Both the position numbers and the translations under genes were made by a program. DNA of 64,000 bases, from NCBI GenBank assembly GCA_964019425.1, contig OZ025786.1, positions 930,001-994,000 on the forward strand. Reading direction: 5' to 3'. A model generated the notes under the pieces. The model had not been told where the DNA came from and made no database searches. It saw only the letters and a program-made list of their open reading frames with translations. This DNA comes from Flectonema sp. DT1601 (Eukaryota). Numbering within the stretch: the stretch's first letter is position 1; each line of letters begins with the position of its first letter. Shown piece after piece: positions 12,001 through 22,986 of the stretch.

Positions 12001-14687
12001 TTGCTGTATTGTTGTGTTGGGTATTCTGGTTGAAGTGATTCGTGAATATCCCCTGCGACTCTTCTAAAAGTCGCGACTTCGTTTGATAACGAAATCGTGG
12101 TTTTATTATCTTCAGAAGTAACTTCAATACCTAATCGAATAGTATCACTCTCACCGTGATGATCTTCAAGTGATATTTCAATTATACGAGTCCCGTCATG
12201 AGGATCGTTTGAGTCATTTCTAAAAGCCAAATGATGTAATAACTTAGTAACTCTTTGACCCATCATGTAACCCGTAAACTGAAATTGATATAAAGGAGAC
12301 TTCAACGTCGGGACATGACGTTTACTTTCAGATGCTACAAGAATCCCTGCTGTTATGTGAGCCAATGGATTTCCATTTATTATAATACTTTTAGTATCAC
12401 TTAAGTGAAGCTCATCTTCTATGGAAGATGAACCAAATCGAGTTGGTTGACGTCGGAAGCACATCGAATCTCTCGGACATTGTACTCCAGTATGTTTAAT
12501 TAGAAGAGTGTATCCTTCCCAATTAAATAATTGTTTGGGTGATTCAGGTGTTGAAAAATCTCCATAAAATCCGCAGAAATCTCTCGTTGAAGAGAAGAGA
12601 TCTGATGGTTGGCTTACTCGAATATCTTTTAAAAACAAACAATCACCATCACCTTCTTTATAAGAGATGGTTGCTCCTCCTGGAACAAGTGAGAAGTGCG
12701 AAGGAACATAATTTATAAAAATACTCGCAGCAGATGATGAGAATTTCAGATCTTCATCTGACGGTTCGCCTCTCACTGTAGAGAATTGTATTTTAACAGA
12801 AACAGATACTGATATTCTAGACTTACAATTATCAGTAGTTGTTTGACTTGTTGGTGACGGTAACCCTCCATGGGATTGCCGTCGAACACCAACCAGTCTG
12901 AGAATCATATTTATATCATCGACAGTTACCTTTGGTAGTATTTTAAATTCTATTTCAGTAAATCCTTGATCACTTTCTTTTGGAAATTTCTCAATAATTT
13001 TAGCAATTGGTCTTGCTTGATACACTACACTGTCTACTTCAGTACTGACATCAGGATGAACAGTTTTATCAACGATATCAATGCTGTCGAGGTGAGTTGG
13101 GTTTAGTAGAATGAACTTAATGGTTCCTCCGTAGACTCGAGTTTTCCTTGTTATCCATTCTTGAGGAGGTTCATCATCATCACTTTCAGGTTCATCACAT
13201 GAATGATAAGAAAGATATTTCTGTTCTAACTGGAGTCGTCCTCGAGATAGAACTTGTTTTAGAAGTGATTGACCAGAACAGAAATATTTTACATTAACTT
13301 CAGAACAATGAAGAGACTGGTCGTGTTCTGTATAAGCAATTCGAAGAATTGGAGTTTGCAGCGATGCTGAAATCTTTTCTCTTTTTCGAATGCCTTTTCT
13401 CTCCAATACCTTTGATTTTGAATAATCCCTAAACCATTCGTGTCTTATTATTTCATTCTCTCTAGACTCTCTTAGACTGACTTCTGAACGGATAATTCTT
13501 TCCTCTCGTAGAACAGATTCTCTCTCTTGTTTGTTTTGTCTTTGACGGTTTTTTATATTTCGTTCCAATAGCTGTTTTTCTTCTCGGATTCTGACTGCTT
13601 CTTGTTCTTGTAAGAGAGCTTTCTCACGGATTGCAGCAAGTTGAGATGCTCGTTGATCAAATAGAGTGTTGTAAGTGTTGTAATATCCTTCCATCATATT
13701 ATTAAAATCTCGACACTCGTCTTGACATAAAGATTTTCTTTTTGACAAGTGCAGTTGTGATACTGACAATCTCTGTTTTCGCATTGCTCTAAGCCTCGAT
13801 TTTTCACTTTTTACTGAACTAAATTTATCAACTAAAATTCGTTGAAGAAGATCAGACCAATCTTGATTTTGATTTTTAAGTATTTTTGTTCGGTGATAAC
13901 CCTCATCATTATTTAATATGTAACGAGGTATGCAATTTAACTCTCTTAATTTCGAAGATTCAGCCGCATTTTGAATACATTTCGTATGCGTTATCAAAAG
14001 GCTATTGTAGGATGTTATTATCTCAAGGTGGATCAACTTACGTACGCTTCTCTCACTTAAGAATAACCTTGCTCGTCGCTCAGTTAAAAACATTTTTTTA
14101 ATTGCAGTAAATAACACTATTTCCTGAGCTGCCGTTCTCCTTTTTTGAAAATTCTTATGACGAGATGCGATGCATTTATTAATCATTGATTTTGAATTGT
14201 TGTTGTGAATGATTTGACGATCATTTGCAAGTGCTGCGTTGTAAATTAATGTTTTTACATTTCCCTCTTCGAAGAGAGTGCTATGGAAATTAATTATTGT
14301 AATGTGTGGGGTTGACTGAACCAGTTTTAGAATAGATCTTCCAGTCAAGAAATCAATAATGTCACTACGGTTGTATTGTAATGTCGTGATGTGATTCAGT
14401 CCTGACATCACACTTGTTGCTAAGAAGACATCAGCGGCTGTCAAGGGATTTATGGTATTCAAATCACAAACACATGTTTCTACATTCATCATTTCCGTGA
14501 TCACTTTCATCATTGTCTTACCGCTACCAATACTCATCGCTGTCGTGAGTATTGCTAATCGACGTGGATTTTTCTTAACGCCTTTTGGAATTTTTGGAAC
14601 CATCGTTGAGACGTAATTCCCATCACTGCTAAACATGGATGACTGCTGAAGACATTTTGAAAACCTTTCGTCATCTCGTCTGCTCAT
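9096..14687 (-). CDS. 1863-aa protein: coiled coil plus tandem bacterial-adhesin-like Ig/cadherin-type repeats
   Basis: Uninterrupted ORF with an R/E/Q-rich coiled coil. Recurring motifs such as DVDTDHFNTGNLTI, LAFRNDSNDP...RIIEISLED and YYQHKGDNP...KVVKISLDD. Confidence 0.75.
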   Translation of the reverse strand: MSRRDDERFSKCLQQSSMFSSDGNYVSTMVPKIPKGVKKNPRRLAILTTAMSIGSGKTMMKVITEMMNVETCVCDLNTINPLTAADVFLATSVMSGLNHITTLQYNRSDIIDFLTGRSILKLVQSTPHITIINFHSTLFEEGNVKTLIYNAALANDRQIIHNNNSKSMINKCIASRHKNFQKRRTAAQEIVLFTAIKKMFLTERRARLFLSERSVRKLIHLEIITSYNSLLITHTKCIQNAAESSKLRELNCIPRYILNNDEGYHRTKILKNQNQDWSDLLQRILVDKFSSVKSEKSRLRAMRKQRLSVSQLHLSKRKSLCQDECRDFNNMMEGYYNTYNTLFDQRASQLAAIREKALLQEQEAVRIREEKQLLERNIKNRQRQNKQERESVLREERIIRSEVSLRESRENEIIRHEWFRDYSKSKVLERKGIRKREKISASLQTPILRIAYTEHDQSLHCSEVNVKYFCSGQSLLKQVLSRGRLQLEQKYLSYHSCDEPESDDDEPPQEWITRKTRVYGGTIKFILLNPTHLDSIDIVDKTVHPDVSTEVDSVVYQARPIAKIIEKFPKESDQGFTEIEFKILPKVTVDDINMILRLVGVRRQSHGGLPSPTSQTTTDNCKSRISVSVSVKIQFSTVRGEPSDEDLKFSSSAASIFINYVPSHFSLVPGGATISYKEGDGDCLFLKDIRVSQPSDLFSSTRDFCGFYGDFSTPESPKQLFNWEGYTLLIKHTGVQCPRDSMCFRRQPTRFGSSSIEDELHLSDTKSIIINGNPLAHITAGILVASESKRHVPTLKSPLYQFQFTGYMMGQRVTKLLHHLAFRNDSNDPHDGTRIIEISLEDHHGESDTIRLGIEVTSEDNKTTISLSNEVATFRRVAGDIHESLQPEYPTQQYSKLSPDAIVSDVDTDHFNTGNLTISYLKGGTLQDSFSLSSDEVQVEGSNLMFKGVLVAIVDQSKKSKMQVSLSFVRNASINAVQGIIRSLSFCTEPLASLSSEFGRARQVTQKQTENIVHGTVKNGIREVEISLVVDQAEPVIVKMFIKVLNSLISIPTNLQCISFIEGSDPIRLSARYDLLNDVNNYDSGSIIVDIITGCEPKDGLEMKFPEGGEFVLGRKDTVENYRDLYIATTGTGSKTLIGYIQLLPTTISVTLKQDAKEQTSKRQIKRRDIGNLLRLFYYQHKGDNPKLLRKVVKISLDDGQGIPSCALIQVTVQAVNDVTQIIRKDTKPGQYRQSSREDLNGYCPFDDCVLYDADTENFKLGYIAVEILGGMEKGVDELSLLPCSLQIKKGYTSIFKIDNINTVFQDDIHIGKYRASRDLFAIDFETANDIPIQTVEHIMKLIRYRNIAKRAKPSTVTLTLKILADEGPEGKLKLPIQVSGPLISVGSASPIERVWREEPLTVFPSTTLSLPDRHKCLGVYVTVRVTDDTLVSGDQLGFNFTESPFHFTIKSRKQLFDGSVELGRIEERTAGYMKVTFVSNGKCTAKHVQGFLRCISYTYDGDNTSASRFDREIEIVIFLTDALPGMIVQKVRVSEPGSPPKIILSNSEIVTNHGVGLLPLFCDCVIEDSSTKLYEKGTYVLVEVQGVKNVSEDSLSLYLPMEDSSFHGVISDLRVDSEGWVVRADDKKRLARIEGRQTASFKVIFISATVDIVQELVKSIAYTVRNTKRLVATGVEKLVQITIKSSYQRPTKSKIKIEVLPAIMEPIQGGGSVIRIDPRKQLEYLFPNFHLFINIQNSISLSVGFVRSVVLPDSLVRVPGWSICFDSTFGRVSQDGATLLTHSDDSSSPLAVINQDVLSLDVEFLPTVTASIIESFMRSITIKNTDHAARNKNSSFLIRIQLTDMLEDSTQSYSSLIALSTK

Positions 14688-14840
14688 ATTTTACTTTGTC
14701 TTAAAAAAAACATTCTGAAATAGAATAAACAAACTACAACATAAAAACAGATAAACAATAAATATGTTTCTATAACAAATACTTCAATCTATTCTACCAA
14801 AGTTCTAATAACAATTAATAAAGTACGACCACCCTGAAGG

Positions 14841-16379
14841 TTACATCCAGGAACGGTTAGCTGATGTTTTGGATTTTTGAACCAAAGAACTAACAAGTGG
14901 GGGGGATGATGGACCATCAGTTATCATCCAATTCCGTCCTGGAAGTCGACTGGCATTGTCTGAAGTGTGAACATTGAAAGCATCATCAAGTGGATTTATT
15001 CCCTCAGACGGTTGATAACTTCGAGGAGGAGCAGGTCTTCGAAGTGGTCGCACTGAAATTTTACTCCCATCGCCCGATGAGTTAGATTCTGAAGGAAGTT
15101 GTTGTTTTGGCTTCCTCCTCCTAATACTTCCTGTTGTGGTGTTTTCATTTATTGTAGTCGGGAACACTATCGATTCAATACTTTTATTATCGAGTTCTGT
15201 ATTGTCTTTTTTATTCTTAACTGGACTATTATCAGATTCCATAGAGTCATCACCAATACTAATAACATCAACTTCTATCTGACCTCTTGGAATGATATCG
15301 AACGTGTCATTTGGAGCAAACACAGATGTACTTCCAAACTGAACAGCAACAGAGTCATCAGATGTTTCCTTCACAAGCTCTCGTTGAACTTTTAGTGTGA
15401 ATTCAGAAAATTTACAAAATGATGATCCATTGACCAGATTTACAAAAGCCGAAGTCACCGCCTTGACTAGGTTTCCAGTTCTGAACAGATCGTGTTGACC
15501 AGCAACACATTTAATATAACTGAAATTAGCATCTGACACTCGACTACTTTCTGAAAAAGAATATTTATTACTCTGAGCTGTCAACACAGATGATGGAGTG
15601 ACCCCATCAGGTACATCCCTACCAGGATGTGAATCATCAACAACAAGAACAGTAGAACCTCTATCTAGTGCTTTCAGTAAGTGATATGTGTATTTAATAT
15701 CAAAAGAGGGAGCTCCGATATGTCTGTCTCCGTTGAGTATTACGAATAAAAGAAAATCAGTTGGTTCTGTGTCAGTAACAAATTGTGATAAAGCTTTTTC
15801 AGATTCAGCTAACGTTGGTTCTTTACGAGATAAATGACTACTCACAACTACTTGACTAGCACCAGAGTGATTTAATCGTAAGTATTGTTGTAAAGGTTTA
15901 AAACACTCGAGAAGAGATTGGTCTTTAGAAACAGTTTCCGCCTCACAATTTACAGCCAAAAGTAAAATTCTAGTAAAACAACCATCATGAGTGACTCCAG
16001 ATTCTACTAAGTCTTTTACCCTTCTATTCTCTGCTATCAATTCATTTGATACCTCAATTAATAAATTCAAAGCAGGTAGTCGGGGTATAGCCCTGTCTCT
16101 TTCATCATTGATTGGTTTGTCAGTATCAGTTTCACTACCAGTTGATATCCCGTATTCTGTTGAGATTATCCTGTGCAAGCTGCATCTTTTGGTCCATTTT
16201 TCAGCTTCTTCTTCGTCTGCTTTTCGTTCTTTTTGTATCCTCCTACGCTTTACTAAATATTTAAATAATAAATAAGAACAAGTAGTTAGCAGACAGCATA
16301 GTACGATAAGTCCGACAACCAACAGAATCCACTTACCCTCACGACTGACTGATCCACCCTCATCGAAATCAAAAGCCAT
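14841..16379 (-). CDS. Single-pass membrane protein with degenerate metacaspase (peptidase C14-like) domain
   Basis: N-terminal TM followed by a basic stretch. RILLLAVN...EPTLAESEKALSQFV...PTDFLLFVILNG...LVVDDSHPG parallels the metacaspase ALLIGIN...PT..NI..AL..LV..PGD.LF.HYSGHG...DCCHSG layout. Confidence 0.6.
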   Translation of the reverse strand: MAFDFDEGGSVSREGKWILLVVGLIVLCCLLTTCSYLLFKYLVKRRRIQKERKADEEEAEKWTKRCSLHRIISTEYGISTGSETDTDKPINDERDRAIPRLPALNLLIEVSNELIAENRRVKDLVESGVTHDGCFTRILLLAVNCEAETVSKDQSLLECFKPLQQYLRLNHSGASQVVVSSHLSRKEPTLAESEKALSQFVTDTEPTDFLLFVILNGDRHIGAPSFDIKYTYHLLKALDRGSTVLVVDDSHPGRDVPDGVTPSSVLTAQSNKYSFSESSRVSDANFSYIKCVAGQHDLFRTGNLVKAVTSAFVNLVNGSSFCKFSEFTLKVQRELVKETSDDSVAVQFGSTSVFAPNDTFDIIPRGQIEVDVISIGDDSMESDNSPVKNKKDNTELDNKSIESIVFPTTINENTTTGSIRRRKPKQQLPSESNSSGDGSKISVRPLRRPAPPRSYQPSEGINPLDDAFNVHTSDNASRLPGRNWMITDGPSSPPLVSSLVQKSKTSANRSWM

Positions 16380-16764
16380 TTAATTATGTTGTCATTACTG
16401 ATTATCAGAGGAAGAATTATATTATCAAGATTGTTACAAAATAACGATAATGACGTTCACGAAGTAAACGTGTGCCCTGCACATGTTCTTTACAAAGTTA
16501 CAGGCGGCAGTCGTTTTTGTTATCACGTAAGGAAGAGAGAGAACGGAGAGAGCGAAGAGAGCGAAGAAAAAACGTTCGAAAAGTACCAACCAACTAGAAC
16601 CTGCGTGGTGTATCATCGACAATAACGTGAGCATGAGCGATCTCAAAAGCAAACGAAGTAAATAAGGATCTCAAACGCGGGGAATTTAATTTGATACAAT
16701 ACGAGAGGAGGGGACTTGGATAAATAAATCAGGGTTAAAAAGGGGAGGGGAAGTTGCTAACATT

Positions 16765-18255
16765 CTAAGAGCAATCTTCACCCTTACATGCCCATTCTTT
16801 GCGAAGTCTCTCATGGAGGTTTTGCAAAAGATTTTTGTCTGCTGTTTTGAAAAGATTTTTTGTCTGCCAAGGGTCTTCTTCCATGTCGTACAACTCTCCC
16901 CAATTACTTTCTTTAAAATCCCAGTCATCAACAGTCGTGTATTCCGCATAAGTCAAATGACCATTTCCTAAAGTCGTAAATTTTGGATCAGCTGAGTCTA
17001 CGTGAAGACAAATAAAAGTATTATTTGGGGTATCAACAACATGATTATGAGAAATATCTGTAGAATTCACTGAAGTAGCATAGTACTCAACAAGGAACGC
17101 ATCTCTCCACTTTGTTGGCTTTGTTCCTGTGATCATAGATGCGAATGATTTCCCATCAATATTTGAGGGTATTTCAACTCCTGCTAATTCTAATACCGTT
17201 GGTGTTAAATCAGTCAAACCAGTCAAGTAACTAATTTCAGACCCGGAAGGTATCCCTGGTCCACTCATCGCAAACGGCACTCGGATATCAGTTCTGTACA
17301 TCGTTCTCTTCTTTGCTCCAAGTCTAAAGTTGCCCATGTGAAATCCATGATCAGAAGAGTATATAAAATAAGTATTATCAGCTTTGTTTTGTTTAACGAG
17401 TAATTCATGTATTAATCTAAAGCTATCATCAACAGTAAGCAATGTTCGAAGTCTGTCTCTGTAAAGAGCGTCCATTTCGTTGCTGAATTTTTCAGTGAGT
17501 GGGGGCTCGACTGCAACCATCCAATTATGATCAGGAGCACTCATATTCCATGTAGGTAGTCGTGGTACAATTGTGCTGTTATCGTATTTTTTATTGGCAT
17601 ACCACGGTGCAGGTGTAGCCGGAGAGTGTGGTGCGTGAGGTGCAAGATAAGCAAAAAACGGTTTCGATGAATTTTCAATAGAGACCAACCATTCATACGT
17701 CGCATTGGCCATCACAGAAGTAGCATAGTTGGAACCTTTTGAAAACGAAGGGTCATCAAATTTATTCCATTTGCCTTGATCGTTGAAAACACAATTTTCA
17801 TAACAAGTATCTGGACACATAGCAAGAAACCGATCCCATCCATCAGGAATAGCAGCGCTACTTCCTTTATGAGGAGGACAATAATCAGACATTCCTCCCA
17901 TGTTTAAATACTTTCCAAACATTCCTGTGTGATATCCTGCTTTTGAAAGGTAAGCTGCTACTGTCTCACTTTCCATTTCCTTCGATGCATTGATGTGCAT
18001 ACATCCCATGTCACTCCATGTGTCCATACGAAGGTTGTGGAAATACCTTCCTGTTAGAGTTTCACTTCGCGATGGGCAACAAACTGGCGTATGAGTGAAG
18101 AAATTCTTCATTGTTGCACCTCCGTTTACAACAATATCACTAACTGTTGGCACTGCCTGCATACTTCCCAACTCGATATCTTGGTCGTCGGTAAATAAGA
18201 AAAAGAAATTCGGCGATGCCATCACTGAGAAAGTCACCACTGCGGGTAACATCAT
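16765..18255 (-). CDS. Formylglycine-dependent sulfatase (N-acetylglucosamine-6-sulfatase-like)
   Basis: PNF..LFTDDQD, CCPSRSETLTG, GKYLN, PHAPH and SSDHGFH motifs, with a short hydrophobic leader. Confidence 0.92.
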   Translation of the reverse strand: MMLPAVVTFSVMASPNFFFLFTDDQDIELGSMQAVPTVSDIVVNGGATMKNFFTHTPVCCPSRSETLTGRYFHNLRMDTWSDMGCMHINASKEMESETVAAYLSKAGYHTGMFGKYLNMGGMSDYCPPHKGSSAAIPDGWDRFLAMCPDTCYENCVFNDQGKWNKFDDPSFSKGSNYATSVMANATYEWLVSIENSSKPFFAYLAPHAPHSPATPAPWYANKKYDNSTIVPRLPTWNMSAPDHNWMVAVEPPLTEKFSNEMDALYRDRLRTLLTVDDSFRLIHELLVKQNKADNTYFIYSSDHGFHMGNFRLGAKKRTMYRTDIRVPFAMSGPGIPSGSEISYLTGLTDLTPTVLELAGVEIPSNIDGKSFASMITGTKPTKWRDAFLVEYYATSVNSTDISHNHVVDTPNNTFICLHVDSADPKFTTLGNGHLTYAEYTTVDDWDFKESNWGELYDMEEDPWQTKNLFKTADKNLLQNLHERLRKEWACKGEDCS

Positions 18256-18928
18256 TTAGTTAGTCGATATCACACACACACTGAGATGTTTTAAAAAAAA
18301 AAAAAAAGAAATATTAAGAAAATAGGGCCCATCACCGACAAAAATTCCAGCACCTGCCTGACTAATTTGGCAAAATCACCTCCTAGTTGGAGAAAAGTTC
18401 TGGCAACCAGTGCAACACAATAGATTTCACTCTAAATAGTCCTCTAAAGAAAGCACAATAAATAAATTATAACACTTTCCTCAAATCATATGTAACGGCT
18501 GGAAGAACAACTATAGATGAATATTATGTTAACTAAAACAAGAAAATTTCGCGAACCGAAACATTTCCATACAGTCGAACGGAAAGGGGGCGCGCCCAAA
18601 AGAAGAAGAAAAAAAAGCTTAAGAAATGCAACCGAAATAAAAACACCTTGGGATCATCAGGATTTAATCGACAATCCCTTTTTTTTTTCTTTTTTTTTTC
18701 ACTGTCAAAAAGGTAATTTCAAGACCTGCCAAGAGAACCTTAGTGGTGCTCTTTAAGTTAGCCTAATTGTGTTGTGAGACAAGTGCTACTTCAGTGTTGG
18801 TAATGGTACACTTCTTTATATAAATAAAAGAGGGAAGATAGGAAAAGAAAAACGTTAAATCAACCAATCATAATGTTCGCTGTTGGTTGATTTATTTGTT
18901 ACGTTGACGTTACACAAGAACTCATTAC

Positions 18929-19567
18929 TTACTCTTCCTTAATGAGGTATGGGGCAATCTTTCCCATCTTGGACTCACCGTTGACAACCTTCTGGGTGGC
19001 AGGGAGAGCGAGAACACGCTTGTAGAAAGCCTTCAACTTTGGAGTAGCGTCAAGGACATTCTCACGAAGGACAACAATCTGGTGAAGGGAGGCGAAGAAA
19101 GTAAGTTCACCAACGGTAACTCCAGACTCAGTGAACTTGTCGTCACCTGCAATGTATCCCTCAGCAGCCTTCAACTTGTTTGGGATTCCCTCGTTCCACA
19201 TCTGTGCAACAGCCTCCTTGGTGGTCTTCTCCTTCACAAGAACGGTTGGCTGCTTGGCGCTGAGGTCGTTCCAAAGGTCCTCAGCAACTCCGAAGACAGT
19301 GTCGGAGATAACCTTTTCCTTCAAGTCCTTACCCTCAGCGTTGTTCTTCTTTCCGATGTAGCTAATGATAGCACAGGTCTGGGCGATGGTTCCAACGTCA
19401 TCGGTAACCAAAATTGGAAGCTGACCAAGTGGACAGTCTCCGCTGGCCTTCTTCTCTGGCCAGGTGTCGAAGGTGTGGACTTCTGCCTCGTACTCACAGC
19501 CACTGTGCTCGAGAGCCAAAGTGATTGGGAACCCTCTGGCCATAAGTGGGAAGTATGCGAATTTCAT
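18929..19567 (-). CDS. Glutathione S-transferase (sigma-like)
   Basis: YFPLMARG, PLGQLPIL and AQTCAIISY motifs. 212 aa with C/G-biased codons. Confidence 0.9.
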   Translation of the reverse strand: MKFAYFPLMARGFPITLALEHSGCEYEAEVHTFDTWPEKKASGDCPLGQLPILVTDDVGTIAQTCAIISYIGKKNNAEGKDLKEKVISDTVFGVAEDLWNDLSAKQPTVLVKEKTTKEAVAQMWNEGIPNKLKAAEGYIAGDDKFTESGVTVGELTFFASLHQIVVLRENVLDATPKLKAFYKRVLALPATQKVVNGESKMGKIAPYLIKEE

Positions 19568-20685
19568 TTTTGTGAGAAAGTTGTGTGAATATCTGAAAAA
19601 TGAACAACAGATGAGGACAACACATACAAAAAAACGACTTATCGGTCCCTCTCACTAAACATACGCCACAATGTATCGCCAACAAGTAATCTAATATAAT
19701 ATAAGCTGTATAAATGTATTGTAATAACTGTCACACATGATGGTATTCTTTGAATTGCCAAAAAGAAATAGTTTTTTTTTTTTTTTTTAAAAAAAGGGAG
19801 GGGAGGGGGGAGTGAAAAGATCCACTAAACGAAGTACCATAATGTAAAGTAAAAAAAAGAAATTTAAAAATAAAATAAAATAAAATAAAATAAAATAAAA
19901 AACTATGAGGCTGCCGTCAACGCTACAAAACGCATCAACCAGTAGTAGGGTATCACTTTGTGGGCAAACTGAGTACAGGAAATGATTCTTTTTTTTTTTT
20001 TTTTTTTTCGTTTTTTAAAATTTTCTAGGCAGCTGAGTGGATGTATTTTTCGTGACTGCAAACACTCCTAGTTAGGTTGCTGTTATTAAAATAAATAAGA
20101 AAAAAAAAGAACCAAAAAAAAAAAAAAAAAAAAAGGGAACAAAAAAAAAAAAAAAAAATTGATAACAAAGCAGAACTAATGTCTACTACTGACCTCTTCA
20201 GACCTATAGCTGTAGTATGTAAGTTTTATGACAGAAACCAAGGGTTTGCTCTCGCGTAGTTCAAAGACAGGAAGCCTTAGTACTTAATTACATTCCACGC
20301 AATTTATACTGATCGGCATAGTGGTACGCGCACAAATTAATGGCTAATTGAGCAATGTGGACAGCGATTTTATTACTGTACTTTATTTATTTATTTTTTT
20401 TTTTTTTTTTTATATATTTATCGTCAAGCAAATTGATTTTCAAGTTCGAGAATACTGAGGATAATGATCTGCGGCATAATGAAAAATTGGGGACAAGCTT
20501 TTTTAAAAGATCAAAAAGAATTATGCTGGTGACAAACCTAACTCAATGGGGTATGGGGAGGAATGAGATGGACGGGTCATGATAACAAATCGAGTCGCCA
20601 AAAAAGAACGAAAAAAAAAAGAAAAAAAAAGGAATTCATATAATATAAAAATAATCATCAAACCAAAGCCCTAATGGCTGAGGAT

Positions 20686-20725
<40 letters not shown>

Positions 20726-21204
20726 CGGCTTTGTTTCAAGACTTTTCTTGATAAGTAGCAGATCTGTCACGCAACACTTTAGCAGAAAATCAGCAAAAAG
20801 GCAGAGAATGCTGCTATCAAACATGAAGCAACATAAACTAGCTCGTTTTTTCGTTCTCTTTTCTCTTTCAATAATTTACCCTTTCCTTTCTCTTATGATG
20901 GCTGACATCTGAGTAATTCTATCTCAAGCTACATTGACTGTTGCCCTTGTTACATTCTCCAAGGTTTTTAGCTTTTGAAGGCTGCGCAACTATACTTCGA
21001 ATCTAGAATCGCTGCACTCTTCGTCAGGCTATTATCGGGTCTCTCGTGGTTTAGAAGATACTACATAACAGCATCACGTCAAAAAAAAGAATAAATAAAT
21101 AAAAAAACGGAAGTCGTTCCCCACATAGCACCATGATTAATGACATGTGGGTAGTCGTTGTCGAGTTATTTTTTATTGAAGTCCATTTCCTACCAGCAGT
21201 TGAA

Positions 21205-22986
21205 CTACAAAAGAAGGTGTTCGAGAAAACTACCATCTGGGGAAGCCTGTAATTGTTCGTTTTTTTTAGACCTCCAAAATGGGTGAAAACTAATGAAAAG
21301 AACTTCACAAAGCCTCAACAATCAATCTGATGACGCTGAGTTGCATTAAAAAATGAAACATACTGTCTGCAAAAAGGGGTGCTTCAGCAGCTCACTGGCA
21401 GGAACTCGCTCATTTGGATCCTTATTGAGCATCAAACTGATGAAGTGGAGAAGTTCGGGTGACCAGGAATCTGGACCCTTCGGCAATGGTGCATCTTGTG
21501 TTACGATAACATATAGAGCACGCATTGGAGAGAGTTCCATTAGAGGAGGCTGTCCATCACACAGTTCAAGGACAATTATTCCCATACTCCAAACGTCTGC
21601 TTTAGAATCGTACGGCTCTCCTCTAATCACCTCCGGTGCCATCCAATACGGGGAACCAACAACCGATTTTCGTTTGTCGTTTTCTCCTTCTGAAAGACTC
21701 GCACAAAAGCCAAAGTCTCCCAATTTTATTTCACCCCTAGTATTTAAAAGAATATTATCACTCTTTACATCACGGTGGATTCGCCCCTTGCCGTGCAAGT
21801 ACGCCAACCCTGCTAGAATATTTTTGCATATGTAGGCTATCTGTGGTTCAGTAAAGGTACGAGCACTGGGCAATTCTAGAAGGTCAGTGAGGTTGCCACC
21901 AGCCATAAGTTCCATGGCAATCCAAAGAGATTCCGAATCCCGATGTGCCGAATAAAAATTAACAATATTACGATGTGAGGACGTATACATCATGGATATT
22001 TCATTTTCCAATGCAGGGAGCATCTTCTCTTCATTTTTAACGAATATTTTTTTGAGCGCTACATCCGCACCATCACTCTTCCGCGTCGCTCTGTACACTT
22101 CTCCCTGTGAACCACTGTCGAGCTTAACTAGGTTACTGTGAATCAGAAGCGCAGGTTCAGGTGAAACTAACTCAGACAACGCGTACTTTTCCTTGGGGGT
22201 TGAACTTGTATTTTGACTCAGGAGTTCTTCAAGAATATCATTTTTGTTATTATTGACAGCCATAGGATGATTCTTCTCCGTAAACTGAATGACTGACATC
22301 ACATCACTATAATTATTCTTAGCCTCCTCTGAAGTAATACCGCTAGAATGCAAAATCCCCAAGTACCGTTGCGGTATATGTGCCGACAGGGTTGGTGGTG
22401 ATGTTACAACCTGCTGCTGCAAACTTCCCCTATCAGAGCTTCCACTTGTCCCCAGTGATGTGCCAGAGAATCTGTTAAGACCCGTTGACTTTCTTGATAT
22501 TATACCTGCAACGTGAGTTTCCCATTTTGTAAGAACTGCTTCATCGGGTAAAGACAAAATCAAATCCCGATAATCACCCCCCGGCTTCCTTGGAACTTGG
22601 ATGTGAAATACAACACAGTTTTCTTTTTTAGAATTTATGTGGATAGGTGCAGATGGGTGATTTGGAATTCCGTCACGTATCCGTTCGACTTGCATGCCGG
22701 GTATGTAGTAACAACCAGAACAGCGAGCACCAGGGTCTTGAGATTGAAAATAGCATATGAAACTCTTGAAGAATATAAACCATCTTTTATCCCACGGACT
22801 CATAACCGCGCTGCTAAGCCTCAAGGCCCAACCCTCCAGTTCTGCCTTTGGCATCGATCCCAATGTCGGCCTCTCTGATGTGTATCTTTTCCATTCAATT
22901 GCATCGTCGGGATCACGCGGTTCAGCTATCCGACGCATGTCAGTCCCCCCTCCAGTCTTTTTGGTGGAGGACATCTTATACTGCAC
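21205..22986 (-). CDS. PH-domain STE20/PAK-family Ser/Thr kinase; 3' intron 21247-21363; 5' end uncertain (possible exon near 23124-23213)
   Basis: PH-like region (WDKRWF) and kinase motifs VALKK, HRDVKSDN, DFG and GSPYWMAPE. Splicing GTATGT..TACAG gives the ending HPFLQT-ASPDGSFLEHLLL*. Confidence 0.88.

Noticed and set aside
19082..19588. 168-aa ORF antisense to GST
   Set aside because: A by-product of codon bias, with no recognisable motifs.
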